Assembly (NCBI GenBank): GCA_949291375.1
Contig: CASEVI010000003.1
Location: forward strand, 14,224 to 78,223
DNA: 64,000 nucleotides
Reading direction: 5' to 3'
Source: an uncultured bacterium
GTDB taxonomy: Bacteria > Bacillota_I > Bacilli_A > RFN20 > CAG-826
Part shown: in pieces, positions 9,302 through 18,942 of the stretch
Position numbering within the stretch: position 1 is the first letter of the stretch
How the letters are laid out: every line of letters begins with the position of its first letter
Program-made: the position numbers and the translations under genes
The notes under the pieces: generated by a model
The model's database searches: none
Told to the model about the DNA's origin: nothing
The model's input: the letters and a program-made list of their open reading frames with translations, nothing else

Positions 9302-9649
9302 ATGAATTATAATAAATTAAGTGGAAAAAAGACAATAAATAACCATTTTATTAGATTTACTTGGCATTATAGTGGTGAAAATTATGACGGTGAAACTATA
9401 ACACATTTAGTTCTTGAAAGAGATACACCATTAAACCAAAATGAATTTTTTTATAATATGCCATATTACCAAAAAATGAGTGTAAATGGCTATATAAATA
9501 AAGAAGGAACGACCTATGATGTTTTTGCTATTTATAGAAATAGTGATACAACACGGTATTTATACTATCAAGATGGCTCAGCGCTAAAATATATTACTGT
9601 TAATTTTATCGATATTCTTCAGTTTTCAGATGCAATTATCAATTATTAA
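9302..9649 (+). CDS. Small MxYxK[LI]-family protein (probably leaderless)
   Basis: MNYNKLSGKK; ATG 7 nt after TATAAT. Confidence 0.8.
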   Translation: MNYNKLSGKKTINNHFIRFTWHYSGENYDGETITHLVLERDTPLNQNEFFYNMPYYQKMSVNGYINKEGTTYDVFAIYRNSDTTRYLYYQDGSALKYITVNFIDILQFSDAIINY

Positions 9650-9662
9650 GGAGATTTAATTT

Positions 9663-9942
9663 ATGGAGTATAAAAAACTAGGTTCAAGCAATAATGATAT
9701 AATCCCTAATGTGTGGTATGGGGGGGGAGATTGTAGATAAGATATCGCAAAGAGTTGAGCAAGGTAGTTCTCAATGGATGCACCTATATTATTGGGTCAA
9801 TAATAACGACTTTGATGTTATATTTGCTAATTATATTAACAATAATTTGGAATTTAGAACAATGAAAGCAAAAAGTGAAGTATTCATAGGGGAATTAAGT
9901 TCATTACCTAAAGATATAAAAATGGCTATGAAAATAGAATAA
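9663..9942 (+). CDS. Small MxYxK[LI]-family protein, frameshifted (OFF) at G8 tract
   Basis: AAGGAG SD; MEYKKLGSSNNDIIPNVWYGGGDCR*; G7 or G10 at 9720-9727 would join it to the open frame EIVDKISQ...KIE*. Confidence 0.75.
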
Positions 9943-9968
9943 AAAGAGACCGAAAAGTCTCTTTTTTT
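9941..9968 (+). terminator. Intrinsic terminator
   Basis: AAAAAGAGAC-cgaaaa-GTCTCTTTTTTT. Confidence 0.75.
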
Positions 9969-9969
9969 C

Positions 9970-9996
9970 TTGCATATATATATATATATATATACT
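9970..9996 (+). promoter_or_regulatory. Promoter with (TA)10 tract in the spacer
   Basis: TTGCAT(9970)-15-TATACT(9991); ATG 6 nt downstream. Confidence 0.75.
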
Positions 9997-10002
9997 ATTC
10001 CT

Positions 10003-10392
10003 ATGGAATATAAAAAATTAGAGTTAGGTGGGAAAAAGTTATATCAACATAATTTATATTTTTCAGTTAGTCAATTTGCTACAGATAGAGCAAACATTTA
10101 TATGTCTTTTATAAACGAAGATAGTAGTGAAATAACTAATTTAGGTAGCATTATTCAATTTTTATATAATAATGGTTTTTATGATGATGACCATCCATAT
10201 CCAGTTAATGGTTTTTATTATAACAATACAAATGCTTCAAATAAAATAAGAGCTATTGCATTAAGTATAGAGTATTATATAGATAGATTAAGAGTAACGT
10301 CTTATATTCCAGATACAAATACCGCTCATATATCAAGTTACACCGAAAGTGATTGTAATTTTGTTTATGACACAGTCTTCAAAGTAAATTAA
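10003..10392 (+). CDS. Small MxYxK[LI]-family protein (probably leaderless)
   Basis: MEYKKLELGGKKLYQHN; paralog of 10805-11161 (LYQHN...LY..GF...NG.Y). Confidence 0.8.
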   Translation: MEYKKLELGGKKLYQHNLYFSVSQFATDRANIYMSFINEDSSEITNLGSIIQFLYNNGFYDDDHPYPVNGFYYNNTNASNKIRAIALSIEYYIDRLRVTSYIPDTNTAHISSYTESDCNFVYDTVFKVN

Positions 10393-10419
10393 AAAGATAC
10401 CAATTAAGGTATCTTTTTT
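10391..10419. terminator. Bidirectional intrinsic terminator
   Basis: AAAAAGATACC-aattaa-GGTATCTTTTTT between convergent genes. Confidence 0.75.
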
Positions 10420-10425
10420 ATTATA

Positions 10426-10805
10426 TTATGGTGCTGATGGACCACTACCTTGTGTAAGCGTGATTTTCAAATTGTTTGTTAATGGAATAATAGCAAAATT
10501 AGAAGATTGGTTTTTTTCAAAATTATCATCAATATCTTTCAAAGTAGTTGTTCCATTATCATCAATTAAAACAACTACATTATTATTATCGGTTGACGTA
10601 AGAATTATTTTGCATGAACCAGTTATTTTAAAAAAACTGCAATTATAATTTTTTTGTATCTGTGGCGTTAATCTTTCTTCATAGTATATTCCATTTTCTA
10701 CAATTGAAATAACTACGGCTACACCATTAATACTTTTAATATCTAGGAATACTTGTTTATCTGTGTTATTAATAACACCCCCCCCCCGAGTTTCTTGTAT
10801 TGCAT
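10426..10805 (-). CDS. Small MxYxK[LI]-family protein, frameshifted (OFF) at G10 tract; not in the ORF track
   Basis: AAGGAGG SD; MQYKKLGGG then early TAG; G8 or G11 at 10778-10787 gives GVINNTDKQVFLDIKS...QGSGPSAP* to 10426. Confidence 0.75.
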
Positions 10806-11161
10806 TATTTTACCTCCTTGAAATAATCATAAATTTCAGTCACATTAGAAGCGATAACATTTGATGATCCATAACCACCACCATCACTATTCATAATAAT
10901 TTGAAATGTTAAAATATTATTACTCTGTGAAACTCTAACAGCTAAAATGTATTTTTCTTTACCTACATAATATCCATTAGCTAAAAAATAATTAGTTCCA
11001 ATGAAACCAGCATCATATAGCCGTTTTTTTATTTCATCTAAACTCATCGAATGATTTGTTTCATTAACGATAGAATTTAAACAAACAAAACCACTACTCA
11101 ATTTTATACATATATTGTGTTGATACAAATGTTGGGTGTTTTTTACTGAACTATAATTCAT
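10805..11161 (-). CDS. Small tail-associated protein directly downstream of the tail fibre
   Basis: AAAGGAGA SD; MNYSSVKNTQHLYQHN; paralog of 10003-10392. Confidence 0.8.
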   Translation of the reverse strand: MNYSSVKNTQHLYQHNICIKLSSGFVCLNSIVNETNHSMSLDEIKKRLYDAGFIGTNYFLANGYYVGKEKYILAVRVSQSNNILTFQIIMNSDGGGYGSSNVIASNVTEIYDYFKEVK

Positions 11162-11175
11162 AAATTCTCCTTTCA

Positions 11176-13773
11176 TTAATCACTTAAGAAATATAATTCT
11201 CCGTTATACATTGCAAATCTAGGACTTGAAGAAGTTGGGTTATTAAATTCGCTTTCTGTAATTGTAGGAACTGATCCTAAATTTCCAGCCTCTCCGTTTG
11301 CTCCTGCTGGTCCTTGTGGTCCAGTTTGACCTATAGGACCTTTAATATTAACTGTATTTGGATTTGCTAGGTTTTTATCATTTGTCCAAGATAAATTACC
11401 ACTTGCGTCGACACTAGGTGTAAATGTTGCTCCGTTTGCTCCAGCAGGTCCTGTTGCTCCAGTATCTCCTTTTAAACCAGTCTCGCCTTGTGGACCTTGA
11501 GGACCTTGAATACCTCTAGGAAGTTTTAAATTCATATTGTAAATCCCACTTCCTTGGCTTGTTTCAGTGAATGTCGCAGTAGGACTTGCATCGCTATCTA
11601 ACATTTCAACTATAATTGATTGTAAAATAGGTGTTGATCCAGTATCACCTTTTGGTCCAGTTCCACCACGAGGCAATCCAAAATTTAAAATTAATGCTGT
11701 ATTAGTTCCGCTATTAGTAACCGTTGCATTGCTTCCACTTGCTAATGTAGTAATTTCACCAATATCAATTGTTGGTGTTTTGCCATCTTTACCAACAGCA
11801 CCATTAATAACTTCATAAGTAAATGTAGAACCATCCGTAAAAGTAATAAGATAAGTATCAACTAAACCACTTGTTCCTTGCTTTACAATAGAAGAAATTC
11901 CATTACCTTGTTCGCCCTTATCTCCTTTATCGCCTTTTGGACCAATATTTCCTTGTAAATTAGCAACAAATTGATAAGAACTATCACCTTTGATATAAAC
12001 CGAACCATTATCTTGAGACCCTTCAGTATTATCGTTAATAATTACTAAAGATCCAATTTCTAATCCATCAGTTGCGTAAGAATTATTCATTTCTTCGACG
12101 CTAGAATAGGTTTTACTGTAGGTTCCTGGTGCGCCTGGTTCGCCTCTAATACCTTTAAATTCAAAGTTAATAACTTTACCTTCACTTGGACCACTAACTG
12201 TAGCAGTGGCTGTAGGAGAAGCAAGATATTGATTATCGACCGATACATTTACTTGAGCAATATCTGCTGGATTACCAGTATCTCCTTTTTCTCCTTTTTC
12301 TCCCGTATCACCTTTAGCACCAGTGTCTCCTTTTGGTCCTTGAGGAATTTTTAATTTAAAATTAAATATTTTTGCTGTATCTGGTCCAGTTGCAGTAACT
12401 TCTCCTTCTGCTAATACCCCAGGAGCCAATGTTTCTACTTCAATTGTTGGAGTTCCAAATCCAGCTGGAAGACCAGTAGCACCAGTTTGACCAGTATCTC
12501 CTTTATCTCCCTTCATTCCTTTATAGATAACACCATTAACTTTCATTGAGAATAATCCAATGGCTGTTGTTTCACTATAATCATCTGGATTAGCAATAAA
12601 GTGATTTGTAATTCTATCTCCCAAGTTTTTGACGTCAGTTTGTCTATTCAAAACTTCATTGGCAATATCATCGGCGTTTTTTGTAATTTTTTCTGTTAAA
12701 GAATTATGTTCACTTAAAGCGTCATCTTTAGTTTGATAAGTTTCATCGATTTTTCTCCCTTTTGAATCATTTGTTGATCGATTTGAATCAGAAGCATATA
12801 TATTCTTGCCATTAATAGTTTTTACTCTATTAGATGTATCAATAGTTAAATCATCATCTAAAACACTTCTACTTTCTAAATCGGTTAAATCATTTTCCAA
12901 ATTTTCGATAGCGTTTTCGTTATTGCTTACTCTAGTAGTCAAAGAGGTTAATGATGTTTCTAAACTTTTTGCAAATTCAAATGAAGTTATAGATTTTGTA
13001 ATAGTTGAAGCATTAGGTTCGCCACCAGTTACTTTAATTAAAATGTTGCCTTCATTTAATTCATCATCAACTATTTCTATTTTTTGGATTGAATTAGTAA
13101 TTGAAGTTAAAGGAATATATGCTTTTGTCCCATCAGTTGATTCAAAAACTAATTGTTCATTTACGCTATCATAAGAAAGTTTAAGACCTAATTTTTCAGC
13201 ATTAGTATCGATAATTGTTGTTGTTCCGTTATTATGAGTGAATATATATGTTCCAATTTGAGAATTATAAGTAACGGATTTAATATCATTAGCAAGAACA
13301 CTCTTAATATCACTAACTGAAGTATCAAATTTTGTTTCTATTCTAGCTTCTTCTTCACTTGCTCTTTTTATTTCATTACTTAAAGAAGAACTTAAAGTGT
13401 TGTAATTTTTTTCTAATATTTCAATTCTTGACTTGTAATTAGCTAAAGATGTTTCTATTGCTGAAACTCTTGATTGCAAATCATCAATGTCTGCGTCTGT
13501 AATAGTATCTTTTGCTTTAATTGCTTCGATTTCATCTTGAGCATCTTCAAAAAGAGAATTAAGATTTTTCCCTTCAGTTGAAACTTCGACAATCAAGTCA
13601 TAAAGAGTAATATCTGGTTTATAATTTGTTTCCTTAATTACCTTTGCAGAAAAATTCTTTTCACTTGGATCATCTGGTAAAATCTTTTGAGTCATTTGCT
13701 CAAATTGAGACTTATTTTGCGTAAGTCTATTTACTAAATCTTCAAATTTTACTTTAATTTGTTCATCTGCCGT
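11176..13773 (-). CDS. Tail fibre with coiled-coil and collagen-like repeats; predicted ACG start
   Basis: GPKGDTG/GPQG repeats; AAGGGGG-8nt-ACG at 13773 in frame, TAG two codons upstream; first ATG is 26 codons later without an SD. Confidence 0.85.
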   Translation of the reverse strand, partial: TADEQIKVKFEDLVNRLTQNKSQFEQMTQKILPDDPSEKNFSAKVIKETNYKPDITLYDLIVEVSTEGKNLNSLFEDAQDEIEAIKAKDTITDADIDDLQSRVSAIETSLANYKSRIEILEKNYNTLSSSLSNEIKRASEEEARIETKFDTSVSDIKSVLANDIKSVTYNSQIGTYIFTHNNGTTTIIDTNAEKLGLKLSYDSVNEQLVFESTDGTKAYIPLTSITNSIQKIEIVDDELNEGNILIKVTGGEPNASTITKSITSFEFAKSLETSLTSLTTRVSNNENAIENLENDLTDLESRSVLDDDLTIDTSNRVKTINGKNIYASDSNRSTNDSKGRKIDETYQTKDDALSEHNSLTEKITKNADDIANEVLNRQTDVKNLGDRITNHFIANPDDYSETTAIGLFSMKVNGVIYKGMKGDKGDTGQTGATGLPAGFGTPTIEVETLAPGVLAEGEVTATGPDTAKIFNFKLKIPQGPKGDTGAKGDTGEKGEKGDTGNPADIAQVNVSVDNQYLASPTATATVSGPSEGKVINFEFKGIRGEPGAPGTYSKTYSSVEEMNNSYATDGLEIGSLVIINDNTEGSQDNGSVYIKGDSSYQFVANLQGNIGPKGDKGDKGEQGNGISSIVKQGTSGLVDTYLITFTDGSTFTYEVINGAVGKDGKTPTIDIGEITTLASGSNATVTNSGTNTALILNFGLPRGGTGPKGDTGSTPILQSIIVEMLDSDASPTATFTETSQGSGIYNMNLKLPRGIQGPQGPQGETGLKGDTGATGPAGANGATFTPSVDASGNLSWTNDKNLANPNTVNIKGPIGQTGPQGPAGANGEAGNLGSVPTITESEFNNPTSSSPRFAMYNGELYFLSD

Positions 13774-13786
13774 TAACTATACCCCC

Positions 13787-14884
13787 TTATAATTTAATTG
13801 GTTCTTTATGCTCTATTTGAACTGGCTGATTTTCTTTTAATCTTTGATATTCTTCAAATTCTTCTTTGGTTAAAACTTGCTGTTCTGCTTTTCTTTTTTC
13901 TTCTTCCTTTTTAAACTCTTCCATTTGTTTAACAAATTTTTCGTGATTAGACATAGGAACCCAAGTTTTCAATTCGACTGCTTTTTTGAATATTGTTAAG
14001 AAAGTTGATTTTGTTTCTAAATCTTCTATCTCAAATCCATTAATACCATAAGCAATCATATAGCCAGTTCCTAATCCACTTATTGCAGTAAATATACGAG
14101 AAAACAAATTGTAATAGGCTTGCCAGTCTCCAGCATTCATAAAATCTTTAGTGGTTAAGGCAGCGAATAGGAATGAAAGAGATAAACCCATAACTACTCT
14201 TATTAATCTCCCACCCCATCTAAAATATTTCTTCTTCTTTTCAATTCGTTCTGGTAAATCTTGATCGGTTAATACATCATAGGTAGAATATTCACTTAAA
14301 TAATAAATTGCTGTAGTGATACCGATTTTTGTATGTTGCAAAACATCAAGAATAATATTCTTTTGTTCTTTAGTAATTGTAAAAAATTCTATTCCATGAA
14401 CTTCCATTGGTTGATGATCTAATATTTCAATTTGAGAAAGTTTTAAATTTTCAACAATATCTCTTGCTTGTGATATTCCAGCATTTGTAATTAAAGCAAT
14501 TTTTTTATCTTTTAATGTTTTTTCTCTATAGTCGATATGATAATCATTAAAGTAAGGAACAATATCATCAATGGAATTTCTAATTGTTCGATATTTTTTT
14601 AATGAAACTTGATATTTACCATTAGGTCTTTCCATTATTGTATTTTTGAAACTTTCGCCAATTACCATAAAGATAATTAAGATACCAGTAAGTAATAAAG
14701 CATTTGAGAGCCAATTGCCAAAATCAAAATTTTCAAAATCAAAACCAAATTGAGCAATTGAAAGAATAACAACAATAACTAAACCAATAATTAACATTGA
14801 TAAAGATAAAGTTGTTCGAGTAAATGCTTTTGTGATTATTTTTGATAATCTTCCTTGCTTAACTTCTGTTTTTACTTCTTCCAT
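13787..14884 (-). CDS. Multi-pass membrane protein
   Basis: About four hydrophobic segments, charged C-terminus. Confidence 0.7.
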   Translation of the reverse strand: MEEVKTEVKQGRLSKIITKAFTRTTLSLSMLIIGLVIVVILSIAQFGFDFENFDFGNWLSNALLLTGILIIFMVIGESFKNTIMERPNGKYQVSLKKYRTIRNSIDDIVPYFNDYHIDYREKTLKDKKIALITNAGISQARDIVENLKLSQIEILDHQPMEVHGIEFFTITKEQKNIILDVLQHTKIGITTAIYYLSEYSTYDVLTDQDLPERIEKKKKYFRWGGRLIRVVMGLSLSFLFAALTTKDFMNAGDWQAYYNLFSRIFTAISGLGTGYMIAYGINGFEIEDLETKSTFLTIFKKAVELKTWVPMSNHEKFVKQMEEFKKEEEKRKAEQQVLTKEEFEEYQRLKENQPVQIEHKEPIKL

Positions 14885-15148
14885 TTAAAACTTATCCTTT
14901 CCTTTATAGCAATAAATATAAATAATGAGCATAACGATAATAGGTATAACGACAAATAAACCGATAAAATAAAAGACTATTGCAGTAGGCGAGATTAAAT
15001 ATTCAAGCACATACCAACCACTAGCATAAGCACCAACTACGAAAACAATTAAGCCAACAACAAGAAAGATAATTGTTCCAATTACTGACCAAAATAATTT
15101 CTTGTTTTCATAAAATTTATGTAGTTTTTGCTTTAACTTTTCTAACAT
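14885..15148 (-). CDS. Two-TM membrane protein (holin-like)
   Basis: Two hydrophobic helices, basic ends. Confidence 0.6.
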   Translation of the reverse strand: MLEKLKQKLHKFYENKKLFWSVIGTIIFLVVGLIVFVVGAYASGWYVLEYLISPTAIVFYFIGLFVVIPIIVMLIIYIYCYKGKDKF

Positions 15149-15669
15149 TAATCTACTACCTCAATATTCGTATCTTCTTTTGTTTTCTTTTCTTTTTTTA
15201 AGCCTCTCATTTCATTTCTCATTGTTCTAGCACTTGCTGTTCCACTCTTATAATCTTCAAGCCAAGACTTACGATTTTGAGAAAGAACATTTAATGTTGC
15301 ACAAATTAACATTCCAGCACCTAAACAAGCACAAATGATAGTTATATCTTGGAAAATATTAGTTAATAGATAAGTAATTCCAGCACCAGCGAACCAATAT
15401 AAAGAATTAAAAAATAAAATGATTTTTTTATCTTCAATTTTCTTTGCAACTTGAACGATTGCTAAACCTAAACAAATTGCGAGAAGAATAATTGAAATAG
15501 AAAAGTTTGTTTTACCTTTTTCAGTGTCCAAAGGAAAATATTTATTAAAATTACAAGCAACAAGGATTAAACAAGGAAGAATTAAGCCAATATAAGAAAA
15601 CATTTTTGAGAGGTAATATTGCCAACGATAATGTTTAATCCATTCATCATTAGTTCTTTCTTTCTTCAT
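15148..15669 (-). CDS. Four-TM membrane protein
   Basis: Four hydrophobic segments. Confidence 0.7.
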   Translation of the reverse strand: MKKERTNDEWIKHYRWQYYLSKMFSYIGLILPCLILVACNFNKYFPLDTEKGKTNFSISIILLAICLGLAIVQVAKKIEDKKIILFFNSLYWFAGAGITYLLTNIFQDITIICACLGAGMLICATLNVLSQNRKSWLEDYKSGTASARTMRNEMRGLKKEKKTKEDTNIEVVD

Positions 15670-16159
15670 TTTCTTTTACCTCACTAACGCACATAGTTAA
15701 TTTTTTTGCAGTTCCATTAGCGACCATTTTTGAGTCATGTTGAGCAATTTGAACTTGATTATCTAAAACAATATCTAACTTTTTATTGGCTAATTCTGTT
15801 GTTTTTAAAGTCTCTTCATAATGCTTCCTTAAATCTTCCATTTTAGAGATTTCTTGATTATATTTTTCGATTAATAAATTCAAATTCTCTTTTAACTTTG
15901 CTACATCATCTGTAAATTGATTTGCACTTCTTGAAAACTTTAAAATTCCTAAATCTAAATTTGATTTACTAGCAAAATTAATTACTAATGTGATTAATGC
16001 TGAAGCACAAGCACCTATAGTTGCTCCACCTAAATATTTTGAAACATTTTCGTTCCACCATTCATTAACACCAGAAGATGTAAAGTAAGTAGAAACTATT
16101 AATGCTCCTATTGATAAAACAAGCAAAACATATAAAACAACTTTAATAAATTTTTTCGT
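15650..16159 (-). CDS. Membrane-anchored coiled-coil protein; predicted ACG start
   Basis: AAAGGGGG-8nt-ACG AAA AAA TTT ATT gives a typical (M)KKFIKVVLYVLLVLSIG N-terminus; in-frame TAA upstream. Confidence 0.75.
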   Translation of the reverse strand, partial: TKKFIKVVLYVLLVLSIGALIVSTYFTSSGVNEWWNENVSKYLGGATIGACASALITLVINFASKSNLDLGILKFSRSANQFTDDVAKLKENLNLLIEKYNQEISKMEDLRKHYEETLKTTELANKKLDIVLDNQVQIAQHDSKMVANGTAKKLTMCVSEVKENEERKN

Positions 16160-16173
16160 TATCTCATCCCCCT

Positions 16174-18942
16174 TTATCTAATGTTGCTTCCTAATGAATA
16201 AACAAAACTAATTCTTGAAAGGACTGAATTTGTATCGTTATTATTGCTAAACTTCAATACAACATAAGGTCTTTTAAGAATTTTTTTGTAAATTGTTTGA
16301 TATTTAATTGGAACCTTATTTTGTATCAAGTTATAAAGATTAAAATTAACATTTGCTAAATTTAAACCTTTGTTATCTTTCATTGACACAACATAAGGAC
16401 TATCGTTAATACTTATTGCGTTATCAATTTGTTCAATATCAGTTTCGTTTTGTTCATCACTATCATTTGCTATAGTAATAGACCAAATATTTTTGAAATA
16501 ACTCATTGTCGTATCATTAAATAAAATAGGCGAAGTAACATAAAAACAATTTATATTTTCTCTATGGAATAATCTTCCATAAGTATTTCCGTTTTCAGCA
16601 AAAGTAAAATCTTTAACAACTATTTTATTATTAGCAGTATCAATTGAGCCAATACTAAACTCATCTAATAATAAATATGCGTCTCCTTCAGCCATAAACA
16701 TTACTTCTGGAATATATGACGAAATATCAAATGTGTTAGTTGAAAGTCTATTTAAGATATATTCCTGACCCAAATATTCTATGATCAATTTGTCGTTCAA
16801 TTTTTCTAATAACTCAGTATTAAGGACAGTAAATAATCGATTTGTTAAATCAATTGTGTAATCTTCGTTTATTGTTCCAAGAATACATTTAATTCTCGAA
16901 TTTAATTTAAAAGTATCTCCAACATTAACTTTGCCAATTTTAGATGAAGGAATTGTGATATTACTTGTATCAATTTCAGTTAAAACTTCTCCTTCAGTAA
17001 AATCAAAATAAGTTTCATCATAATAAATATTTTTGTTCCTAAATAAGAAAATTTTCCCATTATCAGTAGAAAGATATAACTTATTTTCGAATTCAAACAT
17101 TGAAATAAAATTATGGTTAAAAGTTAGGTGATACCATTCATAATTATCTGTTGGGTCTTCACCATATTTATTAATAAACATTTCGTTATTATTAACAAAA
17201 TATAAACAATCACTATCTTGATAAATAAATGAATTAGAAATATCCAAATCGTGTAAATATTTATCAATATAATAACTTGCTGTATAGGCGTATCTTTGAT
17301 TATCGTATGATTTTGTTTCTTTAATTAAATGATCAATTTTTTTATCATTACCAATAAAAACAGTATCACCATTATAATTTGTGATTTTCATATAATCATT
17401 AAGTGAAACACCAATATTTCCAACTGTTAAAGAATATTCTGGCTCATATAAAGTTGCTCCTACTAAATCGGTTAATGTTTCTCCAATATCACTTTTCACA
17501 GCAACTAATTGACCAGTTCTAAAATAAATTGTTGGTTCGTATTTTTGATATTTCTTCATTACAAGCAAGTCGCCAGTTCCTAAAACATCATAACCTAAAA
17601 TAGGATTAGCATTATCTTCTCCATAATCACACCAACTATCATCTGGAAAATAAACTAAATCTTTAATTGTAATTCTTTCAGCTTCTTCTTCGCTTAAAGA
17701 TGAGGCATTAATCGTTTCGCTATGCCAGTCTCTACTAGGATAAGAAGGATTTCCACTAACAAAAAGTGAATTAATATTATTTGAGTTATAAACTTTGCCA
17801 ATAAAACAAGTATCTATGAAGTTATTTTCATAATTGTCTTCGTTATAGCAAGGAAAAGTAAATGTGCAGTTATTTTCGCTATTAGGATTGTTATAGTCGT
17901 TAAATAAAACTACTGAACCACTTAAATTAATATAACCATAAATTCTAAATGCTTGTTCATTTTCGCTTACGTCATTACAAGTGATAGTCATTGTTTTTAA
18001 ACTTTCTTTATAACTATCATTAAAATCGCCTTCATCATAATTGACTAAAATATAAAGCCCATCAATTGTAGGGTCTTGAATTAATTTATCTTCGACTTGG
18101 TCATTAACACCTCTTAAATTCAAACCTTTACAGAAAACTGCTTTTAAATGAGCGATACGAATTGATGAGTTTTGGTCAACTTCAAATTGTTCAGTATCGT
18201 TATCATAAAACTCAATATCAAGAGTCATTTGTTCTAATTCGTTTTGGTCTTTAAATGTAATTGGACTATCGAGTTGAAATTCTTGTGTAACATCAATAAT
18301 TACTTCACTTGTTTCTTCATTTCTATTTAAGCCAGTAATAAATTTATTTTTTCTCCAATAAGTAAGTAAATTAGCACCATCTAAACTTTGCCTATAACCA
18401 TTGACTGCACTATCAACTGGCGTAATTCCTATTGTGGTTGTTGGTGTATAAACATATTCACTTCCGACAACATTTTCGATTTTTAATTTATTGGTTGTTT
18501 CATCTAAAAAGCAAATAAGATATTTCTTACCACCTAAAATATAAAGTCTGTTATTAGTAGGAAAAGCACATACTTCTCTATCTAAAAGAGCATTATTTCC
18601 ATATGGTGGGTCAATTTCGCTAAATTCTAAATCTCCATTCTCTTTTTTTGTAATTTCATAAAGTGAGCCACTAACATTAGCAATATAATGCTTCTTATTA
18701 TTTGTATCATCAAAAGACCATACATTATGAACTTTTTGATTGCTTGAAAGTTGAGAAACTTGTTTAATTCCCCATCTTTTTTGCAAAAGATTATTTCTAA
18801 TAATGTAATTTTCACTATCAATAGAGCGATAATCTTCTACTGTTAATTTTTTATTTGTATAATCGCAACCAAAAAAATAATCAATTTGATATGGATAACG
18901 TTTTTGGATTGTTGCAGTTGTTGGTAATACTAATCTAGGCGT
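16174..18942 (-). CDS. Tail nozzle/stabilisation protein (beta-rich); predicted ACG start
   Basis: Frame open 52 codons upstream of the track's TTG; AGAGGA-8nt-ACG at 18942; in-frame TAG upstream; position after the adaptor as in podoviruses. Confidence 0.75.
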   Translation of the reverse strand, partial: TPRLVLPTTATIQKRYPYQIDYFFGCDYTNKKLTVEDYRSIDSENYIIRNNLLQKRWGIKQVSQLSSNQKVHNVWSFDDTNNKKHYIANVSGSLYEITKKENGDLEFSEIDPPYGNNALLDREVCAFPTNNRLYILGGKKYLICFLDETTNKLKIENVVGSEYVYTPTTTIGITPVDSAVNGYRQSLDGANLLTYWRKNKFITGLNRNEETSEVIIDVTQEFQLDSPITFKDQNELEQMTLDIEFYDNDTEQFEVDQNSSIRIAHLKAVFCKGLNLRGVNDQVEDKLIQDPTIDGLYILVNYDEGDFNDSYKESLKTMTITCNDVSENEQAFRIYGYINLSGSVVLFNDYNNPNSENNCTFTFPCYNEDNYENNFIDTCFIGKVYNSNNINSLFVSGNPSYPSRDWHSETINASSLSEEEAERITIKDLVYFPDDSWCDYGEDNANPILGYDVLGTGDLLVMKKYQKYEPTIYFRTGQLVAVKSDIGETLTDLVGATLYEPEYSLTVGNIGVSLNDYMKITNYNGDTVFIGNDKKIDHLIKETKSYDNQRYAYTASYYIDKYLHDLDISNSFIYQDSDCLYFVNNNEMFINKYGEDPTDNYEWYHLTFNHNFISMFEFENKLYLSTDNGKIFLFRNKNIYYDETYFDFTEGEVLTEIDTSNITIPSSKIGKVNVGDTFKLNSRIKCILGTINEDYTIDLTNRLFTVLNTELLEKLNDKLIIEYLGQEYILNRLSTNTFDISSYIPEVMFMAEGDAYLLLDEFSIGSIDTANNKIVVKDFTFAENGNTYGRLFHRENINCFYVTSPILFNDTTMSYFKNIWSITIANDSDEQNETDIEQIDNAISINDSPYVVSMKDNKGLNLANVNFNLYNLIQNKVPIKYQTIYKKILKRPYVVLKFSNNNDTNSVLSRISFVYSLGSNIR

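Noticed and set aside
9970-10002. Track N-terminal extension MHIYIYIYTIP
   Set aside because: It is the translation of the (TA)n promoter tract; the conserved MEYKKL start is at 10003.
8557-11161. Shufflon or invertible tail-fibre cassette
   Set aside because: Genes are in both orientations, but I found no adjacent invertase and no exact crossover repeats, and each gene has its own start signals.
6675-13773. Diversity-generating retroelement
   Set aside because: No reverse transcriptase and no TR/VR repeat pair seen.
16158-16167. ATG-AGA-TAA mini-ORF as the real start of the 15650-16159 gene
   Set aside because: It is out of frame and abuts the SD with no spacing; at most it could aid reinitiation.
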